A DNA stretch of 64,000 nt from Terriglobales bacterium (GTDB lineage Bacteria; Acidobacteriota; Terriglobia; Bryobacterales; Bryobacteraceae): NCBI GenBank assembly GCA_027485675.1, contig JAIXQP010000047.1, positions 24,659 to 88,658 on the forward strand, written 5' to 3'. Below the pieces are notes generated by a model. The model was not told the DNA's origin. It was given only the letters and a program-made list of their open reading frames with translations, and made no database searches. Positions 12,309 to 20,998 of the stretch are shown one piece after another (the stretch's first letter is position 1; every line of letters begins with the position of its first letter). Made by a program: the position numbers and the translations under genes.

Positions 12309-13457
12309 TTGGTACAGAATAATTCGGGACGGATCGTATTTGCCGCGATCCTCGCCATCTTTGTGTATGGCGTGGTCGCGGCGATGTTGGGCGTATTGCT
12401 GGCGTCCTTTAAGCTGACGCCGGAAGAGAGTGGAAACATCGCCCTGGCGCAGGCGATCGGTATGATCATCGCCTCGCTCTCGGCGGGTCCGATTATCGAT
12501 AAGCAGGGCAAGAAGATCGCCCTGGTGGCCGCGCTGGCGCTGATCGCCGGTTCGTTGTTCATGCTGCCGGGAACGGCAAGCTATAACGAACGGGCCGGAT
12601 GGGTCTTCGTACTCGGGTTGGGCGGCGGCATTCTCGTCACGGCGGCGAACGCCCTGGCGGGCGACGTCAACGAAGAGCGCCGCAGTTCGACGCTGAACTT
12701 TCTCAACCTGTTCTTCGGCCTCGGTGGCATGGCGACGCCGCTGATTGCGGCCAACCTCGTCAACAACGACGCCCAGATGCTCTGCTGGCTGGCGGCCGGC
12801 TTGGCGGCGATTTCCTTCGTCGTGCATCTCACCACCCCGATGCCGGCGCCCAAGGGTGCGGGCGCGCCGATGTTTGAAGGCGCGGGCGCGATGCTGGGCC
12901 GCCCGGCCCTGTGGCTCCTGGCGGCGTTTCTGTTCCTTTATGTGGCGGCGGAGATCGGCGTCTGGAACTGGCTCGCGAAGTACCTGATCTCCCGGGGGCT
13001 GAGCGAGAATCAGGCCCAGAACATCGTGGGCAGCGGCTTCGCCTTCGGCATTCTCGTGGGCCGCGTCGTGGTGTCGCGCATTCTGATCAAGATCCCGGCG
13101 CCGACCGTAACCCTGGTCAGCGCGGCTCTGATGCTCGTCACCACGTACTTGATGCTCAACACCTCGGACCCGACGATTGCCTGGATCGCGGTCTTCGCCG
13201 CCGGTATCGCCATGGCGCCGGTGTTCCCGACGACGCTCGGCATGGTGGGCGATGCCTTCCCCAAGAGCACGGCGACTGCGATGGGCATCGTCATCACCTT
13301 CGGCTGGGTGGGCCTGGCGGTGAGTTCGCGGATCATCGGCGCCCTGGGCGCGGACGATCCGGCGAAGCTCGGCACGGCGCTGCTGGTGCTGCCGGCGGTA
13401 AGCGGGTTGATGGTGGTGATCAACCTCGCCCTGCGGCCGATGTTGAAGAAGGGCTAG
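12309..13457 (+). CDS. MFS transporter
   Basis: 382 aa with about 12 hydrophobic helices. TTG start 12 nt after the oxidoreductase stop, consistent with a sugar/polyol uptake-oxidation pair. Confidence 0.8.
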   Translation: MVQNNSGRIVFAAILAIFVYGVVAAMLGVLLASFKLTPEESGNIALAQAIGMIIASLSAGPIIDKQGKKIALVAALALIAGSLFMLPGTASYNERAGWVFVLGLGGGILVTAANALAGDVNEERRSSTLNFLNLFFGLGGMATPLIAANLVNNDAQMLCWLAAGLAAISFVVHLTTPMPAPKGAGAPMFEGAGAMLGRPALWLLAAFLFLYVAAEIGVWNWLAKYLISRGLSENQAQNIVGSGFAFGILVGRVVVSRILIKIPAPTVTLVSAALMLVTTYLMLNTSDPTIAWIAVFAAGIAMAPVFPTTLGMVGDAFPKSTATAMGIVITFGWVGLAVSSRIIGALGADDPAKLGTALLVLPAVSGLMVVINLALRPMLKKG

Positions 13458-13471
13458 GACGCGTTTCCCTG

Positions 13472-13505
13472 GAAGCATTGGCTCGCTAAAATAGGCCAAT
13501 GCTTC
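13472..13505 (+). other. 11-bp perfect stem-loop spanning the SEC-C gene start codon
   Basis: GAAGCATTGGC (13472-13482), 12-nt loop, GCCAATGCTTC (13495-13505) followed by TTTGG. Begins 15 nt after the MFS stop. ATG 13499 lies inside the 3' arm. Confidence 0.5.
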
Positions 13506-14737
13506 TTTGGAACGACGCGTCAACCGCGGCGGCGGACCGGCTCACCGCCGATTTCCGCGCGGCTTTGCAGGCCGATCAAGGCGCCCGCGCCGTGGACCTG
13601 GGCTGGCAGGTGTTGGCTCAGGACCCGCTCCGTCCCGACCGCTACTTCCTCCTGGCGACAGTGATCGAAGAGACCGGCGGCCTCCCGGACCTCGGGAAGC
13701 AGTTACGGGCGCTGGGCCTCGAAGCGATGCTCGCGCAGGAGAAGATCGGGGAGCCCCAACGGATGAGCCTGGCGCGGGCGTTCCCGAACTGGCGCGGGGA
13801 TTGGGGGGACCCGGAGCGGCTCGAAGAAGAGGCCGACAAGCTGCGCGATCAGGTCGGCAAGGCCGTCGAAGCGGAGCGGCGTCTTGAACCGTTTGAGTTC
13901 TTGCGGGAGTTCCTGGCGGGCGTTCGGCGGGGGATGCGCCCGATGACGGTGGCGCGGGTGGTGCAGGATGTCCCCGGATTGCGGCCGCTGCTGGCGGCGG
14001 CGGTCCGGAGCGGATTGGCGGAGAACTCGGGCGTGCTGGCCCTGCCGGTGGCGATGCTGATTGCGTTGCAGGGGGCGGTGGGCGAAGCGGCGGCGATGCC
14101 GGATCTCTTGCGAATTGCCGGCGGGTGGGAGGCTCCGATCAAGAACCACGCCGAGTGGGCGCTGGCTCAATTGGCGAAGCGGCATCCGGCGGAAGCCTTG
14201 GCGGCGATGGCGGCGGCGAAAGCGGGGACGGCGGCGGAGCGGCGGGTGGCGTTGGATGTGCTGGCGCGGTTGGGCGGGCGGCCGGGCGTAGTGGACGCGC
14301 TGGTGGGCTTGGCGGAGGGATTCGAGGAGATCGCCGGGGAGGTGGATGCCGGCGAGTTGGCGGTGGCGCTGCAAGTGGCGTTGCGCAAGCGGGGGCAGCA
14401 TCGGGCGGCGGAGGAGTTGGAGGCCGCGGCCGAGGAGAGCCTGCAGGATGAGGAGCGGGACGAGTATGACCTGTTCCTGGGAATGGGCGGCGATTTCGAG
14501 GAGGAGATGAACCATCCCGAAAACTTCCGCCGGCGGACTCTCGAACAGGTGCTGGTGGGGCGGGCGCTGCTGGAGGACGATTCGGATTTGGCGGAGCTCG
14601 AGCGTCTTTACGAACCGCCCCCTGTCCCGGAGACCTACCAGCGCCTAACGCCGAAGGTAGGCCGGAACGATCCGTGCTGGTGCGGGTCCGGCAAGAAGTA
14701 CAAGAAGTGCCATCTCGATAAGGACAACGGGCGATAG
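13499..14737 (+). CDS. SEC-C motif-containing protein with helical (HEAT-like) repeats
   Basis: 412 aa. Extreme C-terminus [18 protein letters not shown] is the SEC-C metal-binding motif. The middle region is Ala/Leu-rich helical repeats. Confidence 0.75.
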   Translation: MLLWNDASTAAADRLTADFRAALQADQGARAVDLGWQVLAQDPLRPDRYFLLATVIEETGGLPDLGKQLRALGLEAMLAQEKIGEPQRMSLARAFPNWRGDWGDPERLEEEADKLRDQVGKAVEAERRLEPFEFLREFLAGVRRGMRPMTVARVVQDVPGLRPLLAAAVRSGLAENSGVLALPVAMLIALQGAVGEAAAMPDLLRIAGGWEAPIKNHAEWALAQLAKRHPAEALAAMAAAKAGTAAERRVALDVLARLGGRPGVVDALVGLAEGFEEIAGEVDAGELAVALQVALRKRGQHRAAEELEAAAEESLQDEERDEYDLFLGMGGDFEEEMNHPENFRRRTLEQVLVGRALLEDDSDLAELERLYEPPPVPETYQRLTPKVGRNDPCWCGSGKKYKKCHLDKDNGR

Positions 14738-14810
14738 GCGTTAGTACCAGAAATTGCTGACAAACGGCTAACTGTCCTGCTAGCCTGGAATCAGGCAAGT
14801 CCCTTCCATT

Positions 14811-15836
14811 GTGTCAGTTAGGCTGAGTCCCGCCATCGCCGTGAAAATTTCGAGACGCATCTGGCACGCTGTGATACCTTTAGTGGTAGCTCCAGCGTTG
14901 GTGGCCGCGGCGGATTCTGTCCGCTACGAATCCAGCGTGGATGCGATGGGCTCGACGTTCTCTGTTGCTGCCTACGGCCCGGATCGCGAGTCCCTCGCTG
15001 CCGTCGTGGAGCAAGCCCTGGAGGAGGCCCGGCGCCTCGACCACCTGCTCTCCAACTACCGGCCAGAGAGCGAATGGAGTCAGGTCAATCGCTTCGCCGG
15101 ACAACGCGAGTTCACCGTCAGCCAGGAGTTGTTCGATCTGCTCGCCGCCTGCTACGCCTACAGCCAAAAAAGTCAGGGAACTTTCGATATCACCGTCGGT
15201 CCTCTCATGAAAATCTGGGGCTTCTATAAAGGAAGTGGCCGGATGCCGCACCGGGCCGAAATCCGGACCGCTCTAGCGCGTATTGGATACCAGAACTTGC
15301 TCTTGAACCCCACGACGCGTACAGTCCGCTTCGCCAAAAATGGCCTGGAAATCGATCCCGGCGGGATCGGGAAAGGCTACGCCGTCGATCGGATGGCCGA
15401 AATCCTCCGCCGCGGCGGCGTCAAATCCGCTCTCATCAATGCCGGCGGCTCCTCCATGCTCGCCATCGGCGCCCCCCCGGGCGAGTCCGGCTGGGAAGTC
15501 AAAATTCGCGACCCCCGCGATAGCCGCAAAACCATCCACGATCTTCGCCTCAAAGACCAGTCGATGGCGACTTCCGGCAGCTATGAAAAGTTCTTTACCG
15601 TGCGAAGAAAGACCTATTCGCACATCATGGACCCGCGGACCGGCTATCCGGCCCAGGGTATGTTCTCCGTTTCGGTAATCGCCCCTCGCGGAATTGACAG
15701 CGAGGCCTGGACGAAACCCGTCTATATCAATGGCCGCTCCTGGGCGGCCCAAAACATTCCAAAGGGGTTCCGCGCCTATCTCTGTGAAGGGCGCTCGGAA
15801 TCTCCAGGGGAGGCCAAATGCGCGTGGCTCCAATGA
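14811..15836 (+). CDS. apbE: FAD:protein FMN transferase (ApbE family), exported
   Basis: 341 aa. ApbE motifs FDITVGPL, DPGGIGKGYAVD, MATSGSYEKFF, HIMDPRTGYP. N-terminal hydrophobic leader. Confidence 0.85.
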   Translation: MSVRLSPAIAVKISRRIWHAVIPLVVAPALVAAADSVRYESSVDAMGSTFSVAAYGPDRESLAAVVEQALEEARRLDHLLSNYRPESEWSQVNRFAGQREFTVSQELFDLLAACYAYSQKSQGTFDITVGPLMKIWGFYKGSGRMPHRAEIRTALARIGYQNLLLNPTTRTVRFAKNGLEIDPGGIGKGYAVDRMAEILRRGGVKSALINAGGSSMLAIGAPPGESGWEVKIRDPRDSRKTIHDLRLKDQSMATSGSYEKFFTVRRKTYSHIMDPRTGYPAQGMFSVSVIAPRGIDSEAWTKPVYINGRSWAAQNIPKGFRAYLCEGRSESPGEAKCAWLQ

Positions 15837-16855
15837 GCAGCCGTTTCCTCGATGCATGCCGCCGCCGGCCCACGGACGTTCGTCCCGTGTGGTTCATGCG
15901 GCAGGCTGGTCGTTACATGAAGCAGTACCGGGACATCCGGTCAAAGCATACGATTCTGGAGATGTGTAAGCGGCCCGATCTCGCCGCCACCGTCACCCTC
16001 CAGCCCATTGAGGTGCTCGACGTCGACGCCGCCATCATCTTCGCGGACCTCCTGCTCCCCGTCGAACCCATGGGACTCAAGCTCGACTACCGCGCCGGCG
16101 AAGGCCCGCACATCGATAACCCGGTCCGCGACTCGGCCGACGTCGACTCCCTGTCGATCTCCAACGTCGACGACCTCGGCTACGTCGGCGAGTCGATTCA
16201 GATGGTCCACAAGGCCCTCGCCAACAAGATCCCCATCATCGGCTTCGTCGGCGCGCCCTTTACCCTGGCCAGCTACATGATCGAAGGCGGCCCCTCGAAG
16301 AGCTTCCTCCACACCAAGCGCCTCATGTACTCGGACGAAACCCTCTGGCGCCGTCTGATGGGCAAGATCGTCGACGTCCTCGGCCCCTTCGCCATCATGC
16401 AGGTCGCCAACGGCGCCCGCGCCATCCAGGTCTTTGATTCCTGGGTCGGCGCCCTCTCGCCCGACGACTACGTCCGCTACGTCGCCCCGTACTCCCGCGC
16501 CCTCATCGAGCGCATCCGGTCCACCGGCGTACCCGTCATCCACTTTGGCACCGGCGCCAGCGGCTTCTTCAAGGAACTCCACGCCGCCGGCGGCGACGTC
16601 ATGGGCGTCGATTGGCGCGTGAACATCGACCAGGCCTGGATGGACATCTCCTATCGCAGCGCCGTCCAGGGCAACCTCGACCCCGCCGCCCTGTTCGCCC
16701 CGCTGCCCGAGCTCAAAGCCAAGGTCCACGAGCTCCTCAAACGCACCGGCACCCGCCCCGGCCACATCTTCAACCTCGGCCACGGCATTCTGCCCGAAAC
16801 CCCGGTCGAGAACGTCAAAGCGGTGGTGCAGATTGTCCGCGACTTCCGGCCCTAA
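15833..16855 (+). CDS. hemE: Uroporphyrinogen decarboxylase
   Basis: MSSRFLDACRRRPTDVRPVWFMRQAGRYMKQYRDIR is the canonical HemE N-terminus. ATG 15833 forms an ATGA overlap with the apbE stop. The ORF track gives an upstream alternative at 15818. Confidence 0.92.
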   Translation: MSSRFLDACRRRPTDVRPVWFMRQAGRYMKQYRDIRSKHTILEMCKRPDLAATVTLQPIEVLDVDAAIIFADLLLPVEPMGLKLDYRAGEGPHIDNPVRDSADVDSLSISNVDDLGYVGESIQMVHKALANKIPIIGFVGAPFTLASYMIEGGPSKSFLHTKRLMYSDETLWRRLMGKIVDVLGPFAIMQVANGARAIQVFDSWVGALSPDDYVRYVAPYSRALIERIRSTGVPVIHFGTGASGFFKELHAAGGDVMGVDWRVNIDQAWMDISYRSAVQGNLDPAALFAPLPELKAKVHELLKRTGTRPGHIFNLGHGILPETPVENVKAVVQIVRDFRP

Positions 16856-18203
16856 CCGGACCGCCATCATCGGCGGCGGCATCTCCGGACTCGCCGCCGC
16901 CTGGGAACTGGCCAAGGCCGGTCAACCTGCCGTGCTGATTGAAAAGGACCCCGCTCTCGGCGGGGTCATCCGCACGAACGTCGTCCACGATTGTGTCATC
17001 GAGGCCGGCCCCGATAGCTTCCTCGCCGCCAAACCGGCCGCCCTCGAGCTCATCCGCGAAATGGGCCTCGAAAGCGAAGTCATCGGCTCGAACGACCACC
17101 TCCGCGTCACCTACATCTTGAAAGTTGGGCGCCTCATCCCCATGCCCGACGGGCTCATGATGATGATCCCCACCAAGCTGCTGCCCATGGCGCTCAGCCC
17201 TCTCCTCGGCTGGGGCACCAAGATCAAGATGGGCCTCGAGTACTTCGCCTCCAGCCCGCCCAACGCCCCCGAACGCTCCGTCGCCCAGCTTGTCCGCGAG
17301 CACTATGGCCAGGAAGCCGTCGACTATCTCGCCGAGCCCCTCCTCTCCGGCGTCTACGGCGGCGACCCCGAAACCCTCAGCGCCAACGCGGTCCTCGGCC
17401 AGTTCATCGAGCTCGAAAAGAAGTACGGCTCCCTCACCAAAGGCACGCTCGTCATGCGCGCCCAGCGCAAAGGCGGCCCCGCCGGGTCGCTCTTCAAGAC
17501 GCTGAAGGGCGGTCTCGGCCAGCTCATTGAGGCCCTCACGCAGAAGCTCGAAGGCAAAGTCGACCGCGTCACCGGCTCCGTCGTCTCCCTCGCCCGCACC
17601 GCCGCCGGCTGGCAGATCACCCTCGCCGATGGCGCCTCGCTCGACGTCGCCAAGGTCATCCTCGCCGCCCCGGCCGGCCCCGCCTCGCAGATCGTCGCCA
17701 GCCTCGACCCCGCCCTTGCCGCCCAACTGGCCGCCATCCCCTACAACAGCTCGATGACCATCGCCCTGGGCTACGACCGCCAGACTCTCGGCCATCCCTT
17801 GAACGGCTTCGGTTTTCTTATCCCCAAGGTCGAGCGCCGCAAGCTCGTCGCCTGCACCTGGGTCGGCACCAAGTTCAACCATCGCGTCCCGGCCGATAAA
17901 GCCGTCCTCCGCTGCTTCCTCGGCGGCGCCCACATCGATGAGCCTGACGAAGTCCTCATCGCCGCCATCCGCGCCGAACTCAAGGACCTGATGGGCGTCA
18001 CCGCCGCGCCCGCGTTCCACACCGTTCAGCGCTGGCGCAACGCCATGGCGCAATATACGCTCGGCCATCAGGACCGCGTCAAGCAGATCCGCGCCCTGGC
18101 CGCCAAACACTCCGGCTTCGCCCTCGCCGGGAACTTCCTTGAAGGTATCGGCATCCCGGACTGCATCCGCACCGGCCAGGCCGCCGTCAAACAGTTACAC
18201 TAG
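16833..18203 (+). CDS. hemY: FAD-dependent protoporphyrinogen/coproporphyrinogen III oxidase (HemY type)
   Basis: 456 aa. FAD fold RTAIIGGGISGLAAAWELAKAG. The only in-frame start upstream of that motif is TTG 16833, overlapping hemE by 23 nt. Confidence 0.85.
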   Translation: MSATSGPNRTAIIGGGISGLAAAWELAKAGQPAVLIEKDPALGGVIRTNVVHDCVIEAGPDSFLAAKPAALELIREMGLESEVIGSNDHLRVTYILKVGRLIPMPDGLMMMIPTKLLPMALSPLLGWGTKIKMGLEYFASSPPNAPERSVAQLVREHYGQEAVDYLAEPLLSGVYGGDPETLSANAVLGQFIELEKKYGSLTKGTLVMRAQRKGGPAGSLFKTLKGGLGQLIEALTQKLEGKVDRVTGSVVSLARTAAGWQITLADGASLDVAKVILAAPAGPASQIVASLDPALAAQLAAIPYNSSMTIALGYDRQTLGHPLNGFGFLIPKVERRKLVACTWVGTKFNHRVPADKAVLRCFLGGAHIDEPDEVLIAAIRAELKDLMGVTAAPAFHTVQRWRNAMAQYTLGHQDRVKQIRALAAKHSGFALAGNFLEGIGIPDCIRTGQAAVKQLH

Positions 18204-18208
18204 CGGAC

Positions 18209-20296
18209 ATGCGCCGCCTGGCTCCGTTGCTGCTCACTCTTGGGCTCTTCGCTCAGGAGCCCCCCACCATTCGCGTCAACGTCAACCTCATCCAGATTGA
18301 CGTCACGGTCACCGGCAAAAAGGGAGAGCGCGTCGCCGATCTCACCCCCGCCGACTTCGAAGTCCTCCAGAACGGCAAGCGTCAACCCGTCACGAGCGCG
18401 CTCTGGGTACCCGGCCGCCCACCCGTTGCCGCCACCCCGGCCACCCCAACCGTTCCCGGCGCATCGCCCGCCCCCTTGAAGCGAGAAGAAGTCCGCCGGA
18501 CCATCGCCATCCTGGTCGACGACCTCAGCCTCGGTTTCCAGAGTATCTATTACACCCGCCAGGCCGTCCGCTCTTTCGTCGAGACCAACATCGAGCCCGG
18601 CGACTTGGTGGCGATCTACAAGTCCTCCGCCGGCATCGGTGTTCTCCAGCAGTTCACCACCGACAAACGCCTCCTCCTCGCCAACATCGATCGGCTCACC
18701 CTCCGCAACGCCAGCGCCGTCGACGGCCTGGGCGCTATCGCCTCCAACGCCATGGAGGACTCGGCCGATCCTGCCCTCGCCGAAATGGCTCTCCGGATGC
18801 GCCTGCAGGAGGAAGCACAGAATCGCGGCCGCCAGGACATCCTCTCCGCCGGCAGCCTCGGCGCCGCCAGGTTCATCGTGCAGGGCCTCGCCGAACTACC
18901 CGGCCGCAAGTCCCTCATCTACTTCGCCGAAAACCTCCAGCTCTACGATCCGCCCGCCTCCTTGACCAATCCGAACATTACCGCCGCCATGCGCACCATG
19001 CCCGGCGTCGAAGGGGGCGCCCGGGATCGTACCATCTCCGCCATCCGCGATCTCACCGACTACGCCAACCGCGCCGCCGTCGTCTTCTACACCATCGACC
19101 CCCGCGGCGTGGTCACCACCGGCTTCAATGCCGCCGACACCCCTTCCTCGAACACGCAGCGCATGATCGGTCAAATGCAGGAGCGCCAATCGTTCTATGA
19201 CCGTTCCAAAGAGGGCCTCGCCGTCCTCGCCGAAGAGACCGGGGGCGTCTTCTACCAGGGCCGCAACGATCTGGCGGCCGCGCTCAAGGAAGCCGTGCAG
19301 GATCAGGAAGGGTACTACCTCATCAGCTTCAATCCCGACGACGGCAGCTTTGAGCGAACCCGGTCCGGCGCCAAGTATCACCGGCTCCAGGTGAAGGTGA
19401 AGCGGCCCGGTCTCAAGATCCGCTACCGCCACGGCTTCGTCGGCGCGACCGACGACGAGCGCATGCCCAAGCCCGCGAACCCCCTGCTGGCGGCGATGAT
19501 GTCCCCGTTCCGCTCCGCCGAGGTACCCATCCGGCTGACTCCCATGTTTCTCGAAGGTAAAGGCACCGGGCCTATCCTGCGGACCCTGATCCACGTCGAT
19601 GTCCGGCCGTTCAATTTTAAAGAGGTCCCCGTGGATACCACGGACCAGAACAAGACGCCCTGGATGGAGGCGAACATCCTTATCGCGGCCTACCTGTTCG
19701 GCGACAACGGCGCCGTTGTCGACAAGGTTAGTCAAACCCAACGGGTACGCGCCCGCAAGACTGCCTTTGAAAAGTTCCTCGCCGACGGCGTCACCCAAAC
19801 CCTCGAACTCCCCGTCGCCAAACCCGGAGCCTATCAACTCCGCGCCGCCATTCTCGATCCCTCCAACCAAAAATCCGGCTCCGCCAGCCAGTTCGTCAAT
19901 ATTCCCAACGTCAAGTCCAAGCGGCTGATCCTCTCCGACGTCGCCCTCTATGGCGACGACTACACCCAGGGCAAGTCCAATGGGAGTTCCCCTGGCGTCC
20001 GCCAATTGCGCCCCGGCGAACGGTTCTCCTACGGCGCCTATCTATACAACGCCGGCCCCGCCCCTGTGTTTCAGGTCAGCCTTTACCGGGAGGGCAAACT
20101 CATCCACCGTGGAAAGAAGGAACCCCTGGCCGTTCCTGCCGGTTCGGATTCCGCTATCCGCGCCCTCGAAGCCGGAATGACGCTCGGTCCGAAGGCACCT
20201 CCGGGCGAATATCTGCTCGAGATTGCCGTCCAGGATCCCAGCGCCCCGAAGCAACATCAGTTCGCCGTCCGGACCATCGACTTTACCATCCGCTAG
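18209..20296 (+). CDS. VWA-domain protein of the 'VWFA-related acidobacterial domain' type
   Basis: 695 aa. Signal peptide, then the characteristic IRVNVNLIQIDVTVTGKKGERVADLTPADFEVLQNGKRQPV opening, followed by a VWA-like IAILVDDLS segment. Confidence 0.8.
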   Translation: MRRLAPLLLTLGLFAQEPPTIRVNVNLIQIDVTVTGKKGERVADLTPADFEVLQNGKRQPVTSALWVPGRPPVAATPATPTVPGASPAPLKREEVRRTIAILVDDLSLGFQSIYYTRQAVRSFVETNIEPGDLVAIYKSSAGIGVLQQFTTDKRLLLANIDRLTLRNASAVDGLGAIASNAMEDSADPALAEMALRMRLQEEAQNRGRQDILSAGSLGAARFIVQGLAELPGRKSLIYFAENLQLYDPPASLTNPNITAAMRTMPGVEGGARDRTISAIRDLTDYANRAAVVFYTIDPRGVVTTGFNAADTPSSNTQRMIGQMQERQSFYDRSKEGLAVLAEETGGVFYQGRNDLAAALKEAVQDQEGYYLISFNPDDGSFERTRSGAKYHRLQVKVKRPGLKIRYRHGFVGATDDERMPKPANPLLAAMMSPFRSAEVPIRLTPMFLEGKGTGPILRTLIHVDVRPFNFKEVPVDTTDQNKTPWMEANILIAAYLFGDNGAVVDKVSQTQRVRARKTAFEKFLADGVTQTLELPVAKPGAYQLRAAILDPSNQKSGSASQFVNIPNVKSKRLILSDVALYGDDYTQGKSNGSSPGVRQLRPGERFSYGAYLYNAGPAPVFQVSLYREGKLIHRGKKEPLAVPAGSDSAIRALEAGMTLGPKAPPGEYLLEIAVQDPSAPKQHQFAVRTIDFTIR

Positions 20297-20323
20297 GCCC
20301 CGTGCTGCTACAATGAAGTTTCG

Positions 20324-20995
20324 ATGAAAGCCGGTGTTGTTGTCTTCCCTGGGAGCAATTGCGATCACGATGCACACTACGCCGTGACGCAGAATGTAGG
20401 CGCGCAGGCGGCGCTCCTCTGGCATCAGGAATCCACGATTCCCAGCGATATTGACGTGGTCATCCTCCCCGGCGGCTTCAGCTACGGAGACTATCTCCGC
20501 TGCGGCGCCATCGCCAAGTTCTCGCCCATCATCGGCGCCGTCAAGAAGTTCGCCGACGCCGGCGGCCTCGTCATGGGCTTCTGCAACGGCTTCCAGATTC
20601 TCACCGAATGCGGCCTCCTCCCCGGCGCGCTCATCCGCAATAACGGCCTGAAATTCCGCTGCCATCCCGTCAGCCTCCGCGTCGAAACGACCAACACCCC
20701 GTTCACCAACGCCGCCGAAAAAGGCCAGATTCTCTCGATTCCCATCGCTCACGGCGAAGGCTGCTACACCGCCGAGCCGCATGTGCTCGACCAACTCGAA
20801 GCCGAAGACCGCGTGGTCTTCCGCTATGTCCAGAATCCCAACGGCTCCCTGCGCGACATCGCCGGCATCTGCAACGCCGGCCGCAATGTCCTGGGCATGA
20901 TGCCGCATCCGGAACGCGCCACCGATCCGCTCATGGGTTCAACGGATGGTCTGTTCGTGTTCCGCTCCCTCCTCTCCGCCCTCGTAGCCAAATAA
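20324..20995 (+). CDS. purQ: Phosphoribosylformylglycinamidine synthase, glutaminase subunit
   Basis: 223 aa. [17 protein letters not shown]..., catalytic GFCNGFQIL, and HGEG near the C-terminus. Confidence 0.92.
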   Translation: MKAGVVVFPGSNCDHDAHYAVTQNVGAQAALLWHQESTIPSDIDVVILPGGFSYGDYLRCGAIAKFSPIIGAVKKFADAGGLVMGFCNGFQILTECGLLPGALIRNNGLKFRCHPVSLRVETTNTPFTNAAEKGQILSIPIAHGEGCYTAEPHVLDQLEAEDRVVFRYVQNPNGSLRDIAGICNAGRNVLGMMPHPERATDPLMGSTDGLFVFRSLLSALVAK

Positions 20996-20998
20996 TCA

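Noticed and set aside
10908-13523. 871-aa ORF on the minus strand spanning the oxidoreductase and MFS genes.
   Set aside because: It lies antisense to two genes with clear family motifs. Its translation is extremely Arg/Gly/Ala/His/Asp-rich with no recognisable domain. This is a typical shadow ORF of high-GC DNA.
16833-16855. The 23-nt hemE/hemY overlap as a possible frameshift or fusion.
   Set aside because: hemE terminates normally with a typical C-terminus, and hemY has an in-frame TTG just upstream of its FAD-binding motif. This is an ordinary overlapping start.
20297-20323. Missing purS upstream of purQ-purL.
   Set aside because: Only 27 nt separate purQ from the preceding VWA gene, so purS is simply encoded elsewhere. 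This does not indicate a novel FGAM synthase.
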